Positions 15,395-30,110 of a stretch of DNA of 64,000 nt are shown piece by piece. The DNA comes from the human T2T-CHM13v2.0 reference genome, Homo sapiens: NCBI RefSeq assembly GCF_009914755.1, contig NC_060930.1, one strand, 5' to 3'. Below the pieces are notes generated by a model that saw only the letters and a program-made list of their open reading frames with translations, ran no database searches and was not told the origin of the DNA. The position numbers and the translations under genes were made by a program. Numbering within the stretch: position 1 is the first letter of the stretch; each line of letters opens with the position of its first letter.

Positions 15395-17680
15395 ACTATT
15401 CATTCCTGATGAATGTAGATGCAGAAATTCTCAATAAAATAATAGCAAGTTGAATTCAACAGTACATCAGAAGGATTATGCACCATGACCTTGTGAGATT
15501 TATCCCTGGGATGCAAGGATAATTCACCATATGAAAATCAATCAGTGTTATATACCACATTAACAGAAAGAAGGAGAAAAATTATTTGATCATCTCAATA
15601 GATGCAGATAAAGCATCTGACAAAATTCAATATTCTTTCATGATAAAAAAACACTTAACAAATAAGGAATAGAAGAAAATCAGATCAGCATAATAAAGAC
15701 TTTATATGAAAAGCCCACAGCTAACATTACACTAAATGGAGAAAAACTGAAAGCTTTTTCTCTAAGATCTGGAACAAGACAAGGATACCCACTCTCATCA
15801 CTTCTATTCAACATAGTACTGGAAGTCCTACTCAGGACAATTAGGCCAGAAAAAGAAATAAATGGCATCTAAATTAGAAAGAAAGACTTACAATTATGTC
15901 TGTTCTCAAAAGGCATGATGATATGTGTAGAAAACTCAAAGATCCTCCAAAAATTTTTAAAACTAATAAATACATTCAGCAAATTTTCAGGATACAAAAT
16001 CAACACACAAAAATCTGTTGTGTTTCTATACACTAAAAACAAGCCAAAAAGGAAATTAAGAAATATTCCCATTTACAATAGCATCAGAAGGAATATTTCA
16101 ACTTATACTTACGAATAAAGTTAACCAGTAGGCAAAAGATATATACACTGAACTATAAAACATTGCTGAAAAAAACTAAAGAAGTCTCAAGTAAATGGAA
16201 ATACATCTCATATTGATGGGTTGAAGGAATTAATATTGTTAGAATGTCCACACTATGCAAAGTGATCTACAGATTTAATGCAATCTCTATCTCATATTCA
16301 TATGAAACCACAAACAATCAAATAATTAAAACAATCTTGAGAAAGAAAAACAAAACTGGAGGCCTCAAACTTCCTGACTTTAAAACATATTATAAATCTA
16401 TTCAATGCAATCTCTGTCAAAATCCCAATGAAATTTTTTTCCAAAAGAGAAAAAATTATCATATTCATATGAAACAACAAAGGATATTGAATAGCCAAAC
16501 CAATCTTGAGAAAGAACAAAACTGGAGACCTCACCACTTCTGGCTTCAAAACACATTATAAATCCATAGTATTATAAACAGTATGACCCTAGCATAAATA
16601 CAGATATTTAGGCAAATGAAACAAAATAGAGGGATCAGAAAGAAACCCACATATATATAGTCAAATGACCTTTGAGAAGCATGCCAAAACTACACAATGA
16701 AAAAAATATGTAGCACCCAATACTTCAATAAATGGTTCTGGGAAAATTGGATATCCACATGAAACAGAACAAAATTGAACCCTTATCTTACACCATACAC
16801 AAAATCAACTCGAATTGGATTAAAAACTTAAGCTTCATTACACCGGTGTTGGGAATGCTTTCTTGATTATGACAGCAAAGGCACAGGCAGCAAAAGCACA
16901 GGCAACAAAAGCAAAAATAGACACGTGAGACTACTTTAAACTAAAAGCTTCTGCACAGCAAAGGAAAGATGGGTTAATATCCAAAATATATGAGAAACTT
17001 CCACAACTCAATATAAAAAAGCCTTTAAATGTTTAAAGGACTTTTTTTTTCAAAATAGACTTACAAGTGGTCAACAGGTATATAAAAAGATGCTCAGCAC
17101 TCATCATAGGTGAAATGCGAATCAAAACCACAGTGGGATATGGCTTTACACCTGTTAGGATAGCAATTATTCAAAAACAAGAAGAACAGAAACAACAACC
17201 AGAAAATAGCAAGTGTTGGTAAGGATGTGGAGAAATTGGAATACTTGTGCACTGTTGGTGGGAATACAAAATGGGGCCGCTTCTATGGAAAACAGTACAA
17301 AAGTTCCTCAAAAAGTTAAAAATAAAACTACCACATGATCCAGCAACCCTACTTCTGGATACTTGTACAAAAAGTTGAAAACAGGATCTCAAAGGGGCAT
17401 TTGTCCTCCTATGTTTATTCTGCATTATTCGCAAAGGCAAAATGGTAAAAACAACCTAAGTGTCAATGGATGAATAGTTAAAGACAATGTGGTATATACA
17501 TATAAGAGAATATTATTCAGCCTTGAAAAAGAAATGTTCTATCATATGCTACAACATAAATGAACCTTGAAGACATTATGATAAGAGAAATGAGAAAGTC
17601 ATAAAAGTACAAACACTATGTTTCCACTTATATGAAGTATCTAAAATCATCACACTCATAGAAGCAGAAAGTAGAGTAGT

Positions 17681-17978
17681 GAGTTAGTATCTTAAAAAGA
17701 TATCTGCCTCTCATGTTCAATGCAGCATTATTCACAATAGCCAAAATATGGAAACAACCTAAGTGTCCATTGATGGATGACTGAATGAAGAAATTGTGGT
17801 ATGTATATACAATGGAATATTCAGCCTTAAAAAAGAAGGATTTCCTGTCACTTGTGACAACATGGATGAACACAGAAGACATTACACTAAGTGAAATAAG
17901 TCAGACACAGAAAGATAAATACTGCATGATCTAATATGCAGAATCTAAAAAGTTTAACTCATAGAAACAGAGAGTAGA
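17681..17978 (+). mobile_element. L1MA-like (L1MA9-type) 3' fragment, left part
   Basis: A second L1 3' region restarts straight after the L1MB 3' region. It continues at 28806. Confidence 0.65.
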
Positions 17979-20172
17979 GATTCTGGCCAAGACAGGCAAC
18001 TAGAAGTAGCTAGCGTGTGCTGCTCTCATAGAGAGAAGAGAGTGGTGAGTAAACACTTGCTCTTCAACTGGAACATCCAGAGGAACACATTGGGATTCAT
18101 CAAGGAAGCAAAGCAACCCACAGAGAATGGGAGAAGAACAAGACTGGACAACTAACCAACCAGGAGTGGTGTGGAGCTAGGGGAGGCCTCCGACTGTGAG
18201 GAAACAATGAGTGAGAGTCCCTGGGGATTCACACTTCTTCCATGGATCTTTGCAATCTAGGCTCAGGAGATCCCCCATGAGTCACCCTACCTCCACTAGG
18301 GCCTCAGCTCATCCAGAAAAGAAGTCAATTGACTGTAATCAAATTACACCACTGTTAAAGAAACATCAGCCCACACAGATCAGAAAGAACCAGCACAAGA
18401 ACATTGGCAGTTCAGTAAGCCAGAGTGTTTTCTTTCCTCCAAATGACCATACCATTTCCATAACAAGGGCTCTTAACCAGGATGAAATGGCTGAAATGAT
18501 AGATACAAAATTCAGAATATGTATAGGAAGATCATCGACTTTTGGAAGAAAGTAGAAATCCAATACAAAGAAACTAAGGATTACAATAAAATAATACAAG
18601 AGCTGAAAGACAAAATGGCCATTATAAAAAATAACCAAACTGATCTGATAGAGCTGAAAAACACACAACAAGGATTTCATAATACAGTCACAAGTTTTAA
18701 CAGCAGAATAGACTAAGCTGAGGAAAATCTCAGATTCTGAAGATTGGTTCTTTGAACTAACTCAGTCAGACAAAAATAAAGAAAAAATTTAAAAAGAATA
18801 AAAAAATTCCAAGAAATATGGAATTATGTAAAAAGACCAAATATATGATTCATTGACATCCCCAAAAAAGAGGGAGAGTAAACAAGCATCTTAGAAAACA
18901 TATTTGAGGTTATGGTCCATGAAAATTTCTCTAGCCTCACTGGAGAGGCCAACATTCAAATTCAGAAAATGCAGAGAACCCCTGTGAAATACTATGTAAG
19001 ATAACTATCCCCAAGACACAATCATTAGATTCTCCAAGGTCAATATGAAAGAAAAATATTAAAGGCAGCTAGAGAAAAGGGGCAGGTCACCTACAGAGGG
19101 AAATCCATCAAGCTAATAGCAGAACTTTCAGCAGAAATCTAAAATGCTGGAAGAGAGTGGGGTTCTATATTAGGCATTTTTAAAGAAAAGAAATTCCAAC
19201 CAAGGATTTCATATCCAGCCAAACTAGCTTCATAAGTAAAGGAGAAATAAGATCCTTTTCAGACAAGCAGATGCTAAGGAAATTTGTTACCATCAGACCT
19301 GCCTTACAAGAAGTACTTAAGGAGGTGCTAAATATGGAAATGAAAGACCATTACCAGCTACCACAAAAACATATTTAAGTATATAGTCCATTGACACTAT
19401 AAAGCAACCACACTATCAAATCCACATAATAAGCTAACAACATGATGACACGATCAAATTTGCATATATCAATATTAACCTTAAATATAAATGGGCTAAA
19501 TGCCCTCAAATAAAAGGCATAGAATGGCAAGTTAGACAAAGAAGAAAGACCCAACTGTATGCTGTCTTCTAGAGACCCATCTCACATGCGATGACACCCA
19601 TAGATTCAAAGTAAAGGGATGAAGAAAAATATACCAAGCAAATGGAAAAGAGAAAAAAGGAGAGGTTGCTATTCTATTTCCAGACAAAACAGACTTTAAA
19701 TCAACAACCATCAAAAAAGACAAGGAAGGGCATTACATGATGGTAAAGGGTTAAATTCAGCACAAAGACTTGACCATCCTTAATATTTATGCACCCAACA
19801 CAGAGGCATCCAAATTCATGAAGCAAGTTCTTAGAGACCTATGGAGAGACTTAGATAACTACACAATAATAGTAAGAGACCTCAATACCCTACTGACAGT
19901 ATTAGAAACATCATCGATGCAGAAAATTAACAAAGATATTTAGGACCTGAACTGAACACTTGACTAGATGGGCCTAACATATATCTACAGAACTCTCCAC
20001 CAAAGAACAACAAAATCCTATATTCTTCTCATTTGCACCTGGAACATACTCTAAAATCAACCACAAAATTGGTCATAAAAGAAACATCAGCAAATAAAAA
20101 AAAGAAAGAAAAGATACCAGACACGATTTCAGGCCACAATATAGTAAAAATAAAAATTAATGCTAAGAAAAT
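17979..20172 (+). mobile_element. L1PA15/16-like LINE-1, 5' part (5' UTR, ORF1, start of ORF2)
   Basis: 5' UTR ...actagaagtagctagcgtgtgctgctctc..., ORF1 remnants at 18365-19380, and the ORF2 EN domain from ~19442. Confidence 0.75.
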
Positions 20173-23100
20173 TGCTAAGAGAGGAAAAAAAAAGTGGTGG
20201 CTAAGAGGAAGGACTAACTTGCAACTCCCTTTTGGAAGGACAGAGTAGTGTGTGGAGGCTCACATCATGAACTTTTGCTCCTGCAATTACTGCAGGAATA
20301 TACCAGGAAAGCAGAGGGAATCCACAGACCCTTCGAAGGAGGTGAAATGCTGCTGCAGGCACCATAGGATAGTCAAAGAACTGTGAATTGGCTTGCTTTC
20401 TCAGCTGGGAGGCTGTAACCTGGGGCACGTTCCTCACCTCTGCTCACTGACTGCCTGGAAATAAACTCAGTGTTGTTGGGGGTGTACAATGGGAGTGAGA
20501 CTGGTCTTTTGGGCTGTGGGCTGCCTGGGACATGGGTGAGGCCGGTGGCTGCCAGCTTTCCCCCACTTCACTGGTGATCTGTGTGACAGAGCAGAGGCAG
20601 CCAGAATTTCACTGGGAACATAACTCCTTTGACCTGGGAACCACCTGCCCATCCCCCACAGCAGCTGCATCAAGCCCTGCCCAAGAAAAATCTGAGCTTA
20701 GACACACCTACCTTGCCCCTGCCTGATGGTCTTTCTCTACCCACACTGGTGGCCAAAGACAATGGACATAATTTCTTTGGAGCTCTATGGCGCCACTCAC
20801 CACCTGACCCTCTCTACACTACCACAGCTGATGCACACTTGGAAGCGCCACCTCCTGGATGGAGTCCAGCCAACACAAAACCAGTGTACTTAACAAAAAT
20901 ACAGCAAAGGACCCTCACAGAATCCACTTCACTCCCCTGCTACCTCCACCAAATCAGGGGTTGGTATCCACAGCTGAGAGACCTGAAGATGGATCACATT
21001 ACACATTGTAGGACTCTTTGCAGACAACCCTCTCTACCAGCCCAGAGCCTGGTAGCACTGCTTGGTGGCTAGATCCAGAAGAGAAATAAAAATTAGTGCA
21101 TTTCAGCTCTCAGGAAGCCTCATTCCTAGGGGAAAAAGGAGAGCACCATATTAAGGGAACACCCCGTGGGAGAAATGAATCTGAATAGCAGGCCTTGAGT
21201 CCCAGATCTTCGCTCTGACATGGTCTATCCAAATGAGAAGGAACCAGGAAAACAATTCTGGTAATATGACAAAACAAAGTTTTTTTAACCTCCCCCCCAA
21301 AATCACTCTAGCTCGACAACAATGGATCCAAACCAAGACAAAATCTCTGAATTGTCAGAAAAAGAATTGAGAAGGTTGATTATTAAGCCAAACAAGGAGG
21401 CACCAGAGAAAGGTGAAGTCCAACTTAAAGGAAAAAAAAAAAAAGATCAGGATATGAATGGAAAAATCTTCAGTAAAATAGATAGAATAAGCAAAAAACA
21501 ATCACAACTTCTGGAAATGAAAGACACACTTAGAGAAATGCAAAGTGCACTGGAAAGTCTCAGCAATGGAATCGACAAACAAAAAAAAGAAACTCAGTGC
21601 TTGAAAACAACGCTTTTGAATTAACCCAGTCTTACAAAGAAAAAGACAAAAGAATAAAAAAATAAATAAACAAAGCCTCCAAGAAGTTTGGGATTATGTT
21701 AAATGACCAAACCTAAGAATAATTGATGTTCCCAAGGAAGAAGAGAAATCTAAAAGTTTGGAAAGTATATTTGAGGGAATAGTTGAGGGAAACTTTCCCA
21801 GCCTTGTTAGAGATCTAGACATCCAAATACAAGAATGTCAAAGAATGCCTGTAAAATTCATCACAAAAAGATAATCACCTAGGCACATAGTCATCGGGTT
21901 ATCTAAAATCAAGACAAAAATAGTCTTAAGAGATGTGAGGCAAAAGCATCAGGTAACTTCTAAAGGAAAACCTATCAGATTAACAGCAGATTTCTCAGCA
22001 GAAACCCTACAAGCTACAAGGAATTGGGGTTCCATCGTTAACCTCCTTAAACAAAACAATTATCAGCCAATAATTTTGTATCCAGTGAAACTAAACTTCA
22101 TAAATGAAGGAAAGATAGAGTCTTTTTCAGACAAACAAATGCTCAGAGAATTTGCCGCTACAAAGCCAGCACAATAAGAACTGCTAAAAGGAGCTCTGAA
22201 TCTTGAAACAAATCCTCAAAATACACCAAAGTAGAATCCCCTTAAAGCATAAATCCCATAGGACCTATAAAACAACACCACAATGAAAAAAAAACCAAAC
22301 AAGGCACTCAGACAACAAAAAGCACAATGAATAGATTAGTACCTCACATGTCAATAATAACATTGAATGTAAATGGACTAAATACTCCACTTAAAAGATA
22401 CAGAATGGCAGAATGGATAAGAATTTACCAACAAAGTATCTGCTATCTTTAAGAGATTCACCTGAAGCATAAGAACTCACATAAGGTAAAGGGATAGAAA
22501 AAGATATTCCATGCAATTGGACAAAAAAAGTGAGCAGGAGTAGCTATTCTTATATCAGATGAAACAACCTTTAAAGCAACAGCAGTTAAAAAAGACAAAG
22601 AGGGACATTATATAATGACAAAAGGACTAGTCCAACAGGAAAATATCATAATCCTAAATATATATTCATCTAACACTGGAGCTCCCAAATTTACAATTAG
22701 ACCAAAGAAAAGAGGTAGATAGCAACACAATAATAGTGGGGGACTTTAATACTCCACTGACAGCACTAGACGGGTCATCAAGGTAGAAACTCAACAAAGA
22801 AACAATAGACTTAAACTATACCCTAGAACAAATGGACTTAACAGATATTTACAGAGCATTCTATCCAACAACTGCAGAATATACATTCTATTTATCAGCA
22901 CACGAAATATTCTGCAAAATAGACCATATGATAGGCCACAAAACAAGTCTTAACAAATTTAAGAAAATCAAAATTGTAGCAAGTACTCTCTCAGACCACA
23001 GTGGAATAAAAGTGTAAATCAACTCCAAAAGGAACTTCAAAACCGTGCAAATACATGGAAATTAAATAACCTACTCCTGAATGATCATTGGGTCAATAAT

Positions 23101-25773
23101 TAAATGAAGATGGAAATTTAAAAAGTCTTTGAACTGAATAATAGTGACAAAAACTATCAAAACCTCTGGGATACAGCAAAGGCAGTGCTAAGAGGAAAGT
23201 TCACAGCATTAAATATCTGTATCAAAAAGTCTGAAACAGCACAAATAGACAATCTAAGGTCACATCTCACAGAACTGGAGAAGCAAGAACAATCCAAACC
23301 CAAGCCCAACAGAAGAAAACAAATAACAAAGATCAGAGCACAATTAAATGAAATTGAAACAAAAAATACAAAAGATAAATAGAACAAAAACTGTTTTTTT
23401 GAAAATATAAATAAAATTGATAGACCATTAGTGAGATTAACCAAGAAAAGAAGAGAGAAGATCCAAATAAGCTCAATTAGAAATGAAATAGGAGAAGTTA
23501 CAACTGATGTCACAGAATTGCAAAATATCATTGAAGGCTACTATGAACATCTTTGGAAAAATAAACTAGAAAACCTAGAGGAGATGGATAAATTCCTGGA
23601 AATATACAACCCTCTAGATTAAACCAGGAAGAAATAGAAACTCTTAAAAGACCAAAAATAAGCAGGAAGATTGTAATGGTAATTAAAACGTTACCAACAA
23701 CAAAAAGGTCCAGGAACAGATGAACTCACACCTGAATTCTATCAGACCTTCAAAGAAGAATTGTACCAATTCTATTGATACTATTTCAAAAGACAGAGAA
23801 GGAGGGAATCCTCCCTAAATCATTCTATGAAGCCCATATCACCCGAATACCAAAACCAGGAAATTACATAACAAAAAAAGAAAACAACACACCAATATCC
23901 CTGATGAACATAGATGCAAAAATCCTCAACAAAATACTAGTTATCGAAATCCAACAGCATATCAAAAGAATAATTCACTATGATCAAGTGGGTTTCTTAC
24001 CAGGAATGCAGGAATAGTTTAACATATGCAAGTCAATAATTGTGATACACCACATAAACAGAGTTAAAAACAAAAATCACATGATCATCTGTATAGACAC
24101 AGAAAAAGCATTTGACAAAAACAAGCATCCCTTTATGATTAAAACCTCAGCAAAATTGGCATAGATGGGACATACCTTAATGTAATAAAAGCCTTCTATG
24201 ATAAGCCCACAGCCAACATTATACTGAAAAGGAAAAAGTTGAAAGCATTTTCCATGAGAACTGGAACAAGACATGGATGCCCACTCTCACCACTACTATT
24301 CCACATAGTACTGGAAGTCCTAGCCAGAGGAATCAGATGAAAAAGGATAAAGGCCATTCAAATTGGTAAAGAGGAAGTCGAACTGTTGTTGTTTGCTGAT
24401 GGCATTATTGTATACATAGAAAACCCTAAGAACTCACCCCAAAAGCCCTTAGAACTGGTAAATGAATTTAGCAAGATTTCACGACACAAAATTAATGTAC
24501 ACAAATAAGTGGCTCTGCTATATGCAAACAGCAAGCAAGCTGAGAAACAAATAAATAACTCAACCTCATTTACAATAGCTGCAAAAAAAAAACACCACCA
24601 AAACTTAGGAATATACCTAACCAAGGAGGTGAAAGACTTTGACAAGGAAAGATACAAACCACTGCTGAAAGAAATCATAGATGACACACACACACACAAT
24701 GGAAATACATCTCATGCTCATGGATGGTAGAATCAATATTGTGAAAATGGCTATACTGCCAAAAGCAATCTACAAATTCAATGCAATTCCCATAAAAATA
24801 CCACCATCATTCTTCATAGAACTAGAAAAAATAATTCTAAAATTCATAGAGAACCAAAAAAAGCCCACATAGGGGAAGCAATACTAAGTGAAAAGACTAA
24901 ATCTGGAGGTATCAAATTACCTGATGATAACAGTTTAGCTCTATGTCCCTACCAAAATCTCATCTTGTAGCTCACATAATTGCCATGTGTTATGGGAGGG
25001 ACCTCGTGGGAGATGACTAAATCATGGGGGTGGTCATTCCTATGCTATTCTCATGGTAGTAACCGGGTCTCATGAGATCTGATGGTTTAACAAATGGGAG
25101 TTTCTCTGCACAAGCTCTGTCTTTGCCTCCTGCCATCCATGTAAGATGTGACTTGCTCCTCCTTTCCTTTTGCCACGATTGTGAGGCCTTCCCAGCCACG
25201 TGGAACTGTAAGTCCAATTAAACCTCTTTCTTTTGTAAATTGCCCAGTCTTGAGTATGTCTTTATCAGCAGCGTGAAAATAGGCTAATACACCTGACTTC
25301 AGATTATAAGTGTATAGTCACCAAAACAGCATGGTACTGGTATGAAGATAGCCATATAGACCAATGGAACAGAATAAAGAATCAAAAAATAAAGTCAAAC
25401 ACTTGTAGTTGACTGATTTTTAATAAAGCAAACAAAAACATAAAGTGGAGAAAGCACACCCTGTTCTACAAATTGTGCTGGGATAATTCACAAGCCATGC
25501 GTAAAAGAATGAAACTGAATTCTCATTTCCAAATTTATACAAATATCAGGTCAAGATGAATCAAAGACTTACAGCTAAGATCTGAAACCATAAAACTTTT
25601 AAAGGATAACATTGGAAAAACCCTTCTAGACATGGGCCTAGGCAGACCTCATGACCAAGGGCCCAAAAGAGAATGCAATAAAAATACAGATAAATAAACG
25701 GGTCTTGATTAAACTAAAAAGCTTCTGCACAGCAAAAGAATCAGCAGAGTAAACAGACAACCTACAGAATAGG
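20173..25773 (+). mobile_element. L1PB-like LINE-1 lacking its 3' end, inserted in L1PA15/16
   Basis: L1PB-type 5' UTR (ggactaacttgcaactccc...), ORF1 remnants (MDPNQDKISELSEKE; KGKPIRLTADFSAETLQA) and ORF2 remnants to ~25773. Confidence 0.8.
24925..25291 (+). mobile_element. THE1B-like MaLR solo LTR inserted in L1PB ORF2
   Basis: tgata...taataca termini and 5-bp TSD cctga (24920-24924, 25292-25296). Confidence 0.9.
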
Positions 25774-25774
25774 A

Positions 25775-25860
25775 TTGGGTAATTTATAAAGAAAGAGGTT
25801 TAATTGACTCACAGTTCAGCATGGCTGGGGATGCCTCAGGAAACTTACAGTCATGGTGGA
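25775..25860 (-). mobile_element. Internal fragment of a THE1/MST LTR
   Basis: tgggtaatttataaagaaagaggtttaattgactcacagttcagcatggctgggg...; neither LTR terminus is present. Confidence 0.8.
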
Positions 25861-28789
25861 AGCTAACTAGACTAATAAAGAAAAAAAGAGAGAAGATCCA
25901 AGTAAACACAATCAGAAATGCCAAAAGGGACATTACCACTGACCCCCCAGAAATACTAAAAACTTTCAGAGACTACTGTAAACACCTCTATGCACTCAGA
26001 CTAGAAAACTTAGAACTGGATAATTTCCTGGAAACATACCACCTTCCAAGGTTGAGCTAGAAAGTAATTGAACCCCTAAACAGATCAATAATGTGGTCCA
26101 TAATTGAATCAGTAATAAATAGCCTACCAACCAGAAAAAGCCACCAGACCAATTCATAGCCAAATTCTACCAGCTGTGTAAAGAAGAGCTGCTACCATCC
26201 CTACTGAACCTGTTCCAAATAAATTTAGAAGGAACTCCTCTCTAATTCATTCTATAAGGCCAGCATCATCCTGATATGAAAACCCAGCAGAGACACACAC
26301 ACAAAAAGAAAACTTGAGGGTAATATCTTTAATGAACACCTACACAAAAATTCTCAACAAAATACTAGCAAATCCAGCAGTACATCCAAAAGCTAATTCA
26401 CCACAATCAAGTAGGATTTATCCCTGGGATGCAAGATTGGTTCTACATATGCAAATATATAAGTGTGATTCACCACATAAACAGAACTAAAAACAAAAAC
26501 CACATGATCATCTGAATAGATGCAGAAAAGGCTTTGGATACAATTCAATTTTCCTTTATGTTAAAAATCCTCAACAAACTAGGCATTGAAGGATCATACC
26601 TCCAAATAATAAGAGCCATGAATGATAAGCCTACAGCCAACATTATGCTGAATGGGCAAAAGCTGGAACCATTCTTCTTGATAACTGGAACAAGATAAAG
26701 ATGCCCACTCTCACCACTCCTATTCAGTATAATACTGGAAGTCCTAACTGGAGCAATCAGGCAAGAGAGAGAAATAAAATATATTCAAATAGAAAGAGAG
26801 GATGTCAAATGTTCTCTGTTTGCAGATGATATGATTCTATATCTAGAAAATTCCATAGTCTCTGTCCAAAAGCTCCTAGATCTGATAAGCAACTTTGGCA
26901 AAGATTTAGAATACAAAATCAATGCACAAAAATCATTAGCATTCCTATACATCGACAATGTCTAAGCTGAGAGTCAAATCAAGAGTGCAGTTTCATTCAT
27001 GATAGACACACAAATAATAAAATACCTAGGAATACAGCTAGCCAGGGGGATAAAAGATCTTTGCAATGAGAATTACAAAATGCTGCTCAAAGAAATCAGA
27101 GATGACCCAACCAAATGGAAAAACATTCCATGCTCATGGATAGGAAGGATCAATATCATTGAATGGCCATACTACCCAAAGCAATTTGTAGATTCATTGC
27201 CATTCTTATAAAAATACCAATGATGTTCTTCACAAAATTAGACAAAAACTATTCTAAAATTCATATAGTACCAAAGGAGCCTGAATAGCTCAAGTCAACC
27301 CTAAGCAAAATGAACAGAGCTAGAGGCATCACACTACCTGACATCAAACTATATTACAAGGCTATAGTAAACAAAACTGCATGGCACTGGGACAAAAAAA
27401 GACACATAGACCAATGGAATAGAATTGAGAGCCCTAAAATAATGTTGCTCACCTAGAATAATCTAATCTTTGACAAAGCAAGCAATGGGGAAAGAAATTC
27501 CTATACAATAAATGGTGCTGAGATAACTGGCTAGCCATATGCAGAAGATTAAAACTGGACTCCTTCCTTACACAATATAGAAAAATCAATTCAAGATGGA
27601 TGAAACACTTAAATGTAAAACCTAAAACTATATGAAGCACTTAAATGTAAAACCTAAAACTACAGAAATTCTGGAAGATGACTTAGGAAATGCCATTTCC
27701 TGACAAAGATTTTATGATGAAGACAACAAAGCAATTGCAACAAAAACAAGAATTAACAAATGGGACCTAATAAAACTAAAGAGCTTCTACATAGCAAAGG
27801 AAACTATCAACAGAGTGAACAGACAACCTACAGAATGGGAGAAAATATTTGCCAACTATGCATCCAACAGAGGTCTAGTATCCAGCATCTATAAGGAACT
27901 GAAACAATAAGCAAAACATGAACAACCCCATTAAAAAGTGGAAAAAGGACATGAACAGACACTTTTCAAAAAAGGTGTACACATGGCCAACAAGCATATG
28001 AAAAAAATGTTCAACATCACTAATCATTAGAGAAATGCAAGTCAATATGATGATGAGATACCATCTCACAGCAGTCTCACTGGCTATTACTAAAATTCAA
28101 AAAATGACAGATGCTGAACAGGCCGCAGAGAAAAGGGAATGCTTATATTACACTGGTGGGTGTGTAAATTAGTTCCACCATTGTGGAAAGCAGTTTGGCG
28201 ATTTCTGAAAGAACTTAAAACAGAATTACCATTCAACCCAGAAATCTCATTATTGAGTATGTAGCCAAAGGAATATAAATTACTCTACCATAAAGACAAA
28301 TGCGTGCATATGTTCATTGTAGCACTATCCACAATAGCAAAGACATGGAATCAGCCTAAATGCCCATCAATGGTAGGCTGAATAAAGAAAACATGGTACA
28401 CATACACCATGGAATACTATGTAGCCATAAAAAGGACAAGATTATGTCCTTTGCAGAAAGATGGATGGAGCTAGAGGCTATTAACCTAAGTGAACTAATG
28501 CAGGAACAGAAAATCAAATATTATACTGATGTTCTCACTTGTAAGTGGAAGCTAAACATTGAGAACACATGGACACAAAGAAGGGAACAATGGACATTGG
28601 GACCTAATTGAGGGTGAAGGATGGGAGGAGGGAGGCAATAGAAAAACTACCTATCAGGTACTATGCTTATTGCTTGAGTGATGAAATAATCTGTACACCA
28701 AACCCCTGTGACTTGCAATTTACCTGTATAAAAAAAAATGACTTGTATCCCTGAACCTAAAATAAAAGTTAAAAAAAAGAAAAGAAAAA
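25861..28789 (+). mobile_element. L1PA15/16-like LINE-1, 3' part with poly(A)
   Basis: ORF2 remnants, L1PA16-type 3' UTR and A-tail. The degenerate TSD agaaacagagagtaga (17963-17978) / agaaccatagactaga (28790-28805) is 13/16 identical. Confidence 0.8.
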
Positions 28790-28805
28790 AGAACCATAGA
28801 CTAGA

Positions 28806-29160
28806 AGAATGGTGGCCAGGAATTAGGGAGTGGGGACAATGGGATAATGTCTGTTAAAGGGAACAATCTTTCAATTATGGGATGAATAAGTTATAAAGAC
28901 CTCATGTACAGCATGGTGACTATGGTTAATAATAATGTATCTTTGAAATTTGCTAAAAGAGTAGATCTTAAGTATTCTCACCTCTCTCACACACACAAGG
29001 TAGGTGAAGTTATAGATGTGTTAATTAGCTTGATTGTGGAAACTATTTTACTATATATATGTATATAACATCATGTTGTATATGTTGAATGTATACAATT
29101 TTTATTTGTCAATTATACCTCAATAAAGCTGAAAAAACAGTAATCTAAAAAAAAAAAGAA
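28806..29160 (+). mobile_element. L1MA9-like 3' end, right part
   Basis: ...gtagatcttaagtattctca...caattatacctcaataaagctg plus an A-tail. It continues the fragment interrupted at 17978. Confidence 0.7.
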
Positions 29161-29164
29161 AAGA

Positions 29165-29650
<486 letters not shown>

Positions 29651-29869
29651 TTAATTAGTGTTTCTTAGGAAGAAAGAAGGGAAGTTGCATAGATTCTTGG
29701 TAAGTAAAAACAATGTTAATGATACTCTATTCAAACAGAATCTTTGATTCATGAGGAATCAAGACTGTACTTCAATATCCAAGGCTGAGATTTATTGGCC
29801 TATGACCTATCCATTTTAATTAAAAATAGAAAGAAAAATCAGAAAGATGTATATGTTGTACTGGGCATA

Positions 29870-30110
29870 ATATTATTATCTACCAGTTGTGGAATTCCTA
29901 CTATGTGTCAAAATACTAAGCTAAGCTCTTTACATGCGGTACCTAATTTAACCCTTTCAATAATTCTATTACAGTAGGTACAATGATATCCATTTCATAG
30001 ATATAAAAATCAAGCCTCAGAGTTTCAGCAGCTTGCTCCAGATAAGTAATGTATGGAAGAGAGACTCAAAGCCAAGCAGTAGAATGGCAAAGCCCACTCC
30101 CTTAGAACAT
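29870..30110 (-). mobile_element. MIR
   Basis: ctactatgtgtcaaaatactaagctaagctctttaca...tccatttcatagatataaaaatcaagcctcagag MIR core. Confidence 0.6.

Larger units (their letters stand above)
10870..17680 (+). mobile_element. Ancient near-full-length L1M (L1MB-like 3' end); outermost layer of the nest, resumes at ~29165
   Basis: 5' aagatggc motif, ORF1 remnant (MNAKNSTPRHMIIKLSKVKDKE), decayed ORF2 from ~13747, and an L1MB-like 3' region at 17170-17680. Confidence 0.75.
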
